From the NCBI RefSeq assembly GCF_000143415.4, contig NW_003314321.1:754236-818235 (forward strand): DNA of 64,000 bases. Reading direction: 5' to 3'. Shown here in pieces: positions 54,401 through 64,000 of this stretch. Below the pieces are notes generated by a model that was not told the origin of the DNA, ran no database searches, and saw only the letters and a program-made list of their open reading frames with translations. Position numbers and translations under genes: made by a program. Positions within the stretch are counted from its first letter, which is position 1; each line of letters starts with the position of its first letter. Origin of the DNA: Selaginella moellendorffii (taxonomy: Eukaryota; Plantae; Lycopodiophyta).

Positions 54401-57400
54401 TGTGTCTAGTCAGCACCATCCCATTGCATATATAAGCCGTATATTACAACCAGTAGAGATGAACTACTCCATGATAGAGAAGGAGTGTTTAGCAACAATC
54501 TAGGGTTTCGAGAAACTTCATACATATCTATATGGTTCTCGGACGTTACTTGAAGGTGACCATGCTACTATTACTTCATTATTGAAGTGGAAGAACTTGG
54601 TTGGTCGTACTACTCGATGGGCTTTGAAGCTTCAAATATATGATTTTGTTCATTGCGTAGGGAGTTCTATGGTTGATGCTAATGCCCTTTTTCGAGCTCC
54701 TCTTCCTTCTTTACTCTCTTCTCATATTTCTAATGAGCCTATTGTTCCAGCAACTGTGGATTTTCTAAATGAGGATTCTGTGCTGATGGTAGTTGCTGTA
54801 CTTGACATTTAGTGTCCACAAAGTGCAGAGCAAGATCTACCTTCTCTTGATGAGGTTCATGAGGCTCAAAAGATTAACCCGTGGATTCGAAGGCTTCAAG
54901 ATGGGTTTGAGAATCCTGCATCATTTGTTGATGACTTGCCTTTTCGGCATTTACATTCTCAATATCACTTTGAAGACAACCTTCTTTATTTTGTGGGGAC
55001 AGATCCTGATAATCATTTATGGCTAGTGGTGCCTTCTGTCTTTATTCCGCGGTTTCTCTATGCCTACCATGATTCTCCTGTTCTAGGTGGGCATATGGGA
55101 CATCGTTGTGTGATCGAGAAGCTGCACAGGTCTTTCTATTGGCCGGAGATGCGACGTGATATTATCTGGTATGTGTGTAGTTGCATTTGGTGCTAAGCTC
55201 ATAATACTCCCCCTTGTGCTACGGAAGGACGGTTGGAGTTGATTGTAATTTCCCGTCCATTTGAGTTGGTAGCGTTTGATCTTATGGGACCTTTTCCATA
55301 GTCGACTGTTAGTAATGAGTATGTTATTATTGTTTTTGACTACTTGGTTCGTGTAACGCATTTTATCTCTCTCCCCTTAAGCCAACTGGAAAAGGGGCAA
55401 TTGCTTGATGAGAGAGCCCTTAGTGGCTATTTTATTCCCATTTATCCCCCAAGGTTCCAAGGATCTCATCCCATGATCACATGCGCTACACTCACCCCCC
55501 CTTCAAAGATGTCAATGTCCTCATTGACTATTGACTAACAACCCCTACTGAGCCAAGGGGAACCAGCACCTCCATTTCCGCACTCAATCTACCAATCCTT
55601 CCATTGGTCTACTCAGAGATGTCAATGTCCTCATTGACTATTGACTAACAACCCCTACTGAGCCAAGGGGAACCAGCACTCAATCTTTCCGCACTCAATC
55701 TACCAATCCTTCCATTGTGTAGACCAATTATTCCATGTGAGACAACTAGTCATCCACCTGTATTGTAGTCCCACGATGGATATTCCATGTGAGACAACTA
55801 GTCATCCACCTGTATTGTAGTCCCACGGTGGATACCTTCGTCCATGGATATGTGAGACAACTAGTCATCCACCCGTACTGCAGTCCCATGGTGGATACCT
55901 TCGTCCATGGATATTTCATACAAAAGGAAGGACGTATGCATGGATGCCCAATACATATGATTTCAAATTTAGGGGTAAGAATATACCTTGCTCAAGGGTA
56001 TATTATACTTTTAAGTAGCCACTAATCAATGGGAATTGAACCCGTGCCATTTGCTCCGATACCAACTGTAACGCACTTTATCTCTCTCCCCTTAAGCCAA
56101 CTGGAAAAGGGGTAATTGCTTGATGAGAGAGCCCTTAGTGGCTATTTTATCCCCATTTATCCCCCAAGGTTCCAAGGATCTCATCCCATGATCACATGCG
56201 CTACACTCACCCCCCCTTCAGAGATGTCAATGTCCTCATTGACTATTGACTAACAACCCCTACTGAGCCAAGGGGAATCAGCACCTCCATTTCCGCACTC
56301 AATCTACCAATCTTTCCGCACTCAATCTACCAATCCTTCCATTGTGTAGACCAACTATTCCATGTGAGATAACTAATCATCCACCTGTATTGTAGTCCCA
56401 CGGTGGATACCTTCGTCCATGGATATGTGAGACAACTAGTCATCCACCCATACTGCAGTCCCACGGTGGATACCTTCGTCCATGGATATTTCATACAAAA
56501 GGAAGGACGTATGCATGGATGCCCAATACATATGATTTCAAATTTAGGGGTAAGAATATACCTTGCTCAAGGGTATATTATACTTTTAAGTAGCCACTAA
56601 TCAATGGGAATTGAACCCGTGCCATTTGCTCCGATACCAACTGTAGCGCACTTTATCTCTCTCCCCTTAAGCCAACTGGAAAAGGGGTAATTGCTTGATG
56701 AGAGAGCCCTTAGTGGCTATTTTATCCCCATTTATCCCCCAAGGTTCCAAGGATCCACGGTGACAGTATATCCAAATCTCATCCCATGATCACATGTGCT
56801 ATAGTTCGTTAGGTGGAAGTTGGTGCTTTTGCTAGCGCCTCTGCAATTGTTGTTGGATACTTCCTCCTCAATCGAGTGGTGTTCTAGCATTCTTGTCCAG
56901 AGCGGATTCTTTTGGATAATGATCCCGTATTTATGGTTGAGGCATTTCATGTTTTGATGTCTCTGTTGGGGATACGCCACACTTTTATGAGTGCTTATCA
57001 TCCACAGGCAGATGGTTTGGTGGAACGGCTCATTCAGACGTTCAAAGGGATGATTGCGAAGTATGTGAACTTTTAGCATTCGGATTAAGATGGTTATTTA
57101 CCGTATCTTCGATATGCATATGTCATAGGGGTGCAGAGTTCTATTGGTGCTTCACCATACAAACTCCTATATGGTCATAATCCAATATTACCAACGGAGC
57201 TGGGTTTACCTTTGTGATTGCCACAAGTTACCGATACTAGGTCATGGGATCAGTATTTGACGAGCATTCTTTCACTTATCCGAGCAAAGTCTACTGAACA
57301 CTTAGGCCGTGTACAATTGGGACAACAACATCACTACAACTCCCATTATCGTCCATCTGCAAAGTACAAAGTGGATGATTTGGTGTTGGTCTGTTTTCCC

Positions 57401-57855
57401 CATCTTACTGTATGTGGTTTATCTAGCTCAATGGAAAGGACTATATCAGGTGTTGTGGCAAGTGGGACCACAAGTTTATGAGGTTCAGCATGATATCCAA
57501 CATGCCGATCCTCCAAAGATTGTGCATGTGCAGCAGTTAAAACACTTCATACAAAGGGATCAAGAGCAATTAATACCACTTACAAATCCACTAATACCTC
57601 CTCCTGATGTTCCTCTAGATCTTGGCCCATTTACAAGAGAACCCTGATAGTCTTCTATTATTCCGAGAGGAGGGGATGATATGAGGGCCAAGTGTACAGT
57701 TACAATGTTGTATATTAATATTAGCGTAATAGAATTTTCGTAGCCATCGAATTGGTTTCAATCTGGACCACTTGCTCCTATATATAAACTAGGGTTTTTG
57801 GGTTAATTAATATGCATATTTTCTGTATTCCTTTTCTATATTCCAAGCACTCACA
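51424..57855 (+). mobile_element. Degenerate Ty3/gypsy element, full length, with nested TRIM
   Basis: 176-bp LTRs at 51424-51599 and 57680-57855; 4-bp TSD AAAT; PBS remnant after 51599; PPT gagaggaggggatga; gag-protease-RT-RNase H-integrase with many stops. Confidence 0.93.
55352..56803 (-). mobile_element. Tandem-array TRIM (LTR-internal-LTR-internal-LTR)
   Basis: LTRs at 55352-55490, 56067-56205 and 56642-56803; PBS TGGTATCGGAGC twice; PPT GGGGGGTGAG twice; 5-bp TSD GTTCG at 55347-55351 and 56804-56808; non-coding; splits the host integrase. Confidence 0.92.
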
Positions 57856-58099
57856 AAATATGTAATAATATAATAAATATTTAAAATTATTTTTGTGAGT
57901 GCATGGAATATGGAAAGGGAATACAGAAATGTGTATATCAATTAGCCCAAAAACCCTAGCTTATATACAGGAGCGAGTGGTCCAGATTGAAACCAATTCG
58001 ATGGCTACCAAAATCCACTACGCTAATATTAGTATACAGCATCGTAGCCGTACACTTGGCCCTCACATCATCCCCTCCTCTCGGAATAGTAGAAGGCCG

Positions 58100-61000
58100 T
58101 CAGGGTTCTCTTGTAGATGGGCCGGGATCTGGAGGAACGTCAGGAGGAGGCATCGGTGGATCTGTAGACGGTATTAACTACTCCTGATCCCTTTGTATGA
58201 AGCGTTTTAACTGTTGCACATGCACAATCTCCGGAGGATCGGCTTGCTGAACGTCATGCCGAACCTCATAAACTTGTGGTCCAACTTGCTGCAACACCCG
58301 ATACGGTCCTTTCCACTGCGCAAGGAGCCCCTTAGATAAACCACGTACTGTAAGATGGGGAAAACGGACTAACACCAAATCATCCATTTTGTACTCCGCA
58401 GGTGGACGATGATGGGAATTGTAGCGCCGTTGTTGTCCCACTTGTACGCGGCCTAAGTGTTCAGCAGACTCTGCTCGGACAAGTGGAAGAATGCTTGTCA
58501 AATATTGATCCCATGACCTAGCATCAGGAGCTCATGGCATTCGCGAAGGTAAACCCAGCTCTGTTGGTAATATTGGATCATGACCATATAGAAGTTTATA
58601 TGGTGAAACACCAATAGAACTCTGCACCCCTGTGACATAGGCATACCGAAGAGACAGCAAATAACCATCCCAATCCGAATGTTGAAAGTTCACATACTTC
58701 TCAATCATCCCTTTGAATGTCCGAACGAGCCGTTCCACCAGACCGTCTGATTGTGGATGATAAGCACTCGTAAAAGTGTGGCGTATCCCCAACCGAGATG
58801 TCAAAACATGAAATACCTCAGCCATAAATGCAGGACCATTATCCGAAAGAATCCGCTCTGGACAAGAATGCTGGAACACCACTCGATTGAGGAGAAAGTA
58901 TCCAACAGCAGTTGCAGAGGCACTAGCAAGAGCACCAACTTCCACCCAATGAGTCAAGTAGTCAGAAGCAATAATAACATACTCATTGCCAGCAGTCGAT
59001 CGCGGAAAAGGTCCCATAAGATCAAACGCCACCAACTCAAACGGACAAGAAACTGCAATTGACTCCAACCGTCCTTCCGCAGCACAAGGGGGAGTATTAC
59101 GAGCTTGGCACCAAACGCAGCTACGCACATACCGGATAATATCACGTCGCATCTCTGGCCAATAGAAAGACCTGCGCAGCTTCTCGGTGACACGATGGTG
59201 TCCCATATGCCCACCTAAAATAGGAGAATCATGGTAGGCATGGAGAAACCACGGAATAAATACCGAAGGCACCACCAGCCGTAAATGATCATCAGGATCC
59301 GTCCCCACAAAATAAAGAAGGCCATCTTCAAGGCGATATTGAGAATGTAAATGCCGAAAAGGCAAGTCATCAGCAAGTGATGCAGGATTCTCAAACCCAT
59401 CTCGAAGCCTTCGAATCCACGGCTCAATCTTTTGAGCCTCGCGAACCTCATCAAGAGAAGGTAGATCTTGCTCTACACCCTGTGGACACTGAACGTCAAG
59501 GACAGCAACCGCCGACGGCACAGAATCCTCATCTAGAAAATCCACAGATGCTGGAACAATAGGTTCGTCAGAAATATGAGAAGTGAGTGGAGAAGGAAGA
59601 GGAGCTCGAGAAAGGGCATCAGCATCAGCCATAGAACTCCCTGGGCGATGAACAACATTGAAATCATATATCTGAAGCTTCAAAGCCCATCGAGCCGTAC
59701 GACCAACCAGGTTCTTCCGCTTCAATAATGAAGTAACAGCAGCATGGTCACCTTCAAGTAACGTCCGAGAACCATGTAGATATGCATGAAGTTTTTCGAA
59801 ACCCCAGACTGCTGCTAAACACTCCTTCTCCGTCGTGGAGTAGTTCATCTCCGCTGGTTGTAATGTACGGCTTATGTATGCAATGGGATGGCGCTGACCA
59901 GGCACACTCGAGCTCTCTTGCATCAACACACTTCCAAGACCAATGTCAGAAGCATCCACGCGCAAAATAAAAGGTCGAGTGTAGTCAGGATATGCCAAAA
60001 CCGGAGGAGTCGTCAATAGCTCTTTGAGATTCACGAACGCCCGCTCACAATCGGGAGACCAGATGAAAGATGACGTTGATGACTTCAGCAACGCTCGCAA
60101 TGGTGTAGTGCGATCGGAAAGATGATCCACAAAACGACCGAGATACTGCACCTTACCCAAAAAGCGTTGCACATCATTCACACACTTCGGAGTAGGGAAC
60201 TTTAGAACAGCCACAAGTTTGTCAGGATCAACTTGCAAACCCTCACGAGAAATACGGTACCCAAGATAAGTTGTGTCCTTGGACCCAAACACGCACTTCG
60301 ACCGCTTCAGCTTTAAACCAACGTCGCGTAGCTGATCCAACACTTTACAAACATCACGAACATGCTCCTCCCACGTCCCCTCCGAGTGGATCAAGACATC
60401 ATCAATGAAGTCAGCCATCACCTCCGGCATATCGCAAAGAACCTCGTCCATCATCCGCTGAAAAGTTGCTGGAGCATTGTTCAAACCAAACGGCATCACC
60501 AAAAACTCGTACAAACCAAATGGTGTACGAAAAGCGGTCTTAGAAATATCTTCTTCGGCCATCGGTACTTGCCAATACCCAGAAGCAAGATCTAGCTTGG
60601 TGAACCAACGACTTCGCCCCAGACGATCCAAGAGATCAGCAGTGTGAGGAAGAGGGTACACGTCCGGGGTCGTCACTTCATTTAACGGACGATAGTTGAT
60701 GCAGAAACAAATACTCCCATCAGGCTTCGTCACAAGATGAGGTTCACATGCCCAAGGACTTCGCAACTTCCGAATAACACCCTTCTCCAACATCTCTTTG
60801 ACGTTTGCACGTAAAATCTTGATCTCCTTGGGTGACCGACGACGAACAGGAACCTTGATTAGACGAGCATCCCCGGTTGGAATGGGATGACGTGTGGCAA
60901 TCTTGGCCCCAGACGACAGGTCAAATTCAAAGAGATCAGAATACTCCTTCATGAGCTGGTCAACAGCTGCAACACAAAGATCATCAGAGGGATCGGAAAA

Positions 61001-61588
61001 GGGAAGAGCAGAACAAGATGGAAACACAAGAGGAAATAGTGGGGGAACAAAAGTAATGAAAGCAAAGGTAGAAGTAGAGGGACGAAGAGGTACAGAAGTG
61101 AGAGGAATGGATGAAACATAAGGAAGTATGAGACAAGGGGGAGAAGCCTCAAAGTCACACTTGGCATGATTGTGTTGCAACCAATCCATACCAAGAATGA
61201 GGTCAAAAGCTTGACTCGGCACCACCCGCAACGACTGCAACTCAAGCTCAAGATCGCCCACACGCACAACCAGGTCCGCCTCATCTTGTGCACATGCATG
61301 TGTACGGCCGTTGCCATAAAGAATGAAAACTGGATCCGCCACACGACGCAAGTGTAGACGACAACGTGTGGCAACAGGTCGAGCAATAGAAGATAAACTC
61401 GAACCTATATCAACCAACACGGAGAGAAGAATAGGAGACCTCTTGTTATAAAAACGAGCTTGGAAAGTAAACACTGGATGAACCGGTGCTGAATGAACCC
61501 CTTGATGATACTCCCGAAAGAAAGATGGAGGGGTCACTAACTTATTTGCGCAAGGTCCCTCCATTACTCGCGCGACTCCTCGTTTCCC
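58100..61588 (-). pseudogene. Gypsy pol (protease-RT-RNase H-integrase) in the -1 frame to gag; two late nonsense codons
   Basis: LVDIGSS (DTG mutated), LDLASGYWQ, MPFGL, FIDDVLI, VDASDIG, YSTTEKECLA, HMG...CVWC, SDNGPAF, GLVER, WKGPYRV. Stops at 58532 and 58178 are sense codons in the sister copy. Confidence 0.9.
61525..61588 (-). promoter_or_regulatory. -1 programmed ribosomal frameshift signal (G_GGA_AAC plus H-type pseudoknot)
   Basis: Slippery heptamer in the gag frame, followed by stem 1 GCGCGAG/CUUGCGC and stem 2 AUGGAGGG/CCCUCCAU. Confidence 0.82.
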
Positions 61589-62496
61589 AAATGCACCTCG
61601 GTATCCAAACCTTCCACCGCAGCAGCACCAACGGGACGTTGCTGACGCCAAGGTCTCCACCCAGGAAATGGAGGTCGCCAATCCGGAAAGCGCCGACAAC
61701 GCCGATAAGTATGACCAACTTCATCACACACCCAGCAACGAACGTCACGGCCACAACCACGTCCTCGCCCTTGTCCTTGGACTCGAGTAGCAGCAGCATC
61801 AACCTCCATGGGAACAGGACCATCACTCATAGGAAGTGGAGCTGAAGGACGTGTAGCAAGAAGTGGAAGAGGCGACGTCTCATAACGTTGCGCCAAGCGA
61901 AGAGCATCGTCAAGAGTGGCAGGAGCAAGTGCATGCACAAGTCCGACAAGATCTTGACGAAGTGCTAGCCACAGCATTCCTAACTTGATCCGCTCCGACA
62001 TATTTGGCTCCACACGAAGCAAAAGACTTCGGAAACGAACGCCAAATTGCATCACCGACTCAGATGGCCCTTGGCGAAGACGATGCAATTGTTGGAAGGC
62101 ATCATCACAATCGTCGGCGTGTCCGAAGGCGCGTTTGAAGACGTCCGGAAGAACACTCCAATCGCCACGAGTAGCTGCGCTCAATCCATTGTACCACTGC
62201 AATGCCGTCCCTTGGAGACATGTGGGGAACTCACGCAAACGTCGAGCATCATCCCAAGAATGATATGTGGCAATCACCGTGAAGTGATCGAACTAATGGT
62301 ACACATCATCCCCAGGATTCCCACGAAAGAACTCCGGCCGAACGCGAGGATTGGCACCAAAAGCAGGAGGAGTTGTACCATGTGCCGTGAACGCCGTCAT
62401 CAACTGAGTTTGGTTGTTCAATTGCAAGCGCATAGCATCAAGCAATTGAACCAACTGCTGCTCTAGAGTCAAAGGAGGAGATTGCGGATCGGCCAT
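61564..62496 (-). pseudogene. Gypsy gag with one premature TAG (62293-62295)
   Basis: MADPQSPP...PEFFRGNPGDDVYH*; LQGTALQWY, LRQGPSESV, PVPMEVD; zinc knuckle CWVCDEVGHTYRRC. Confidence 0.88.
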
Positions 62497-63169
62497 GAAG
62501 ATGAATGAAAAAGAAAGAGCAAAAGAAGAGAAATGACAAAAAGCTGGAAAGAAATGGTAGATCTAGACAATGCAAAAAGCTAGATCTAAACCAAAATCTT
62601 GAAAAGAAAGAACAAAAGAAAGGAAATGGAAAAAGCTAGATCTAGACAATGCAAAAGCTAGATCTAAACCGAAATCCCAAATCCAAGCACTCCCCAGGGA
62701 CAATCAAAGATGCCCCTCACCTCCACCAATGTGAGTGCATGGAATATGGAAAGGGAATACAGAAATGTGCATATCAATTAGCCCAAAAACCCTAGCTTAT
62801 ATACAGGAGCGAGTGGTCCGGATTAAAACCAATCCGATGGCTACCAAAATCCACTACGCTAATATTAGTATACGGCATTGTAGCCGTACACTTGGCCCTC
62901 ACATTTTAAAATATTCTTCACTTAGAAATTTTTTAATTTAATAATAATCATATATATAAATTAATTTACATCAGTTTTGCTTTGTTATTGCATTGAACAA
63001 CATATGAAACCAAATACTATATTAAGTGCCAATAAAGTTTCCTTTTATAATTAAAACCTAGAATAAGTTTCATTTTATCCACTTTCTTTTGGACACCCTG
63101 CTTCTTCTAAAAAACCCTAATTCATGAAAAACACAGAGGTCAACCCAAGAACATACCCGCAAATATCTC

Positions 63170-64000
63170 ATGGAGATTGCTGGTAAGAGCGCCATAGGCT
63201 TGAGTCCACTGAAATGGGAACGAATGGAGCGGGCAGAGCTATTGCAAGAGCGATTTGGCTGCAAGGAGCTGGAATTCGAGAGAAGCGATGGAATCGTGGA
63301 GGCACGGCTCAAGCTCGCCTGTGGCTCCGCCGCCACGATAGCACTGCCGCAAGGCGTGGTTACATCCTACAGACCGATAATGTGGCACGAATCTCAGGAA
63401 GAGGTCCTTCACTCCAAGAGATTTCCACTGCAAGGAGGCTGCGCCTACAAAGGAGGAATCCGCGCGTCAGTGGCAAGAATCCCAGAAGTAGAAGATGGTG
63501 AAGAAACCAAGCGCGCAAACGATCCTCCATTGTCGTGGATCGTCAATGGAGTCTCAAGAGCTCCCAACAAATGGGTCAAGGTAGAGAGAAGTTCCACTAT
63601 ACACCACCAAGTTGGATTGGATCTAGATTTTTTTCTTTTTATGTTTTAGATCACACTGGGCTCTAGCCTGCCAAATCTCAAGCTCAAGAACAGCGTCACG
63701 CTCTCCAAGCGGCAGCTTCAATCCACCTTGTCGATCGAAAACACTGGCAAAGCTCCCTGCTGCTTCCACGCATCCATCGCCACTGCGGTCGAGGTTGGCG
63801 ACTTGGCTGGAGCTTACGCGATGGGCCTGCTGGGAACCAACTTCCTGTCCCTGGGAGACGAATCCATCGCCGAAAACACCACCGCTGGCGAAGAGCAGGG
63901 GCCCCGGATCTTTGAGAAACTTGCGGTGCTGCTCAGTGGAGGATCGTACAAGCGCCCGGAGAGAGAATCCCAGCAAGGCGACGAGAGCTTTGTCGGCAAA
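63170..64000 (+). CDS. NDF5/PnsB2-family (aldose-epimerase-like fold) chloroplast NDH-associated protein, 3' truncated by the window
   Basis: LQERFG...GSAATIALPQGVVTSYRPIMWHESQEEVLHS; intron at about 63581-63649; GAYAMGLLGTNF. Confidence 0.65.

Larger units (their letters stand above)
57894..62903 (-). mobile_element. Near-intact Ty3/gypsy LTR retrotransposon (5010 bp)
   Basis: 174-bp LTRs at 57894-58067 and 62730-62903 with 6 transition differences; 4-bp TSD TTTT; PBS TGGTGGAGGTGAGGGGCATC; PPT adjacent to 58067. Confidence 0.96.

Noticed and set aside
55352-55490. Possible Cassandra-type TRIM carrying 5S rRNA in its LTR
   Set aside because: I see no 5S rRNA A/C-box similarity on either strand.
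55500-56480. Regularly spaced repeats resembling a CRISPR array
   Set aside because: They are tandem duplications without unique spacers inside a TRIM, in a eukaryotic context with no cas genes.

Overview
This is a compact, gene-dense nuclear region from a seed-free land plant. Selaginella-like lycophyte is my inference from ~50-nt introns, PLS-class PPR genes and an intact flagellar IFT172. The left end (1-17.7 kb) holds a degenerate Ty1/copia element with a very young non-coding long-LTR element nested in it, an SCPL pseudogene and a heavily C-to-T-decayed Ty3/gypsy fragment. Next (17.7-19.8 kb) is a frameshifted Crinkler/RHS-type P-loop NTPase plus restriction-endonuclease-fold gene that unusually carries an inserted PHD finger and a C-terminal SAP/HeH-like motif. 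The middle (19.8-51 kb) contains PPR, an RKF3/SPARK-type receptor kinase, LEA_2, CURT1, a NIPA Mg transporter, IFT172 (one apparent GA-AG intron), a class III peroxidase, a second PPR, a serine carboxypeptidase, an AMP1/LAMP1-like glutamate carboxypeptidase and a mitochondrial ferredoxin. The SCPL+ferredoxin block is triplicated with reciprocal pseudogenisation. The right end has two tail-to-tail copies of a short-LTR gypsy family (4-bp TSD, tRNA-Ala-type PBS, G_GGA_AAC slippery site plus H-type pseudoknot); the older copy hosts a three-LTR tandem TRIM. An NDF5/PnsB2-like gene runs off the window.
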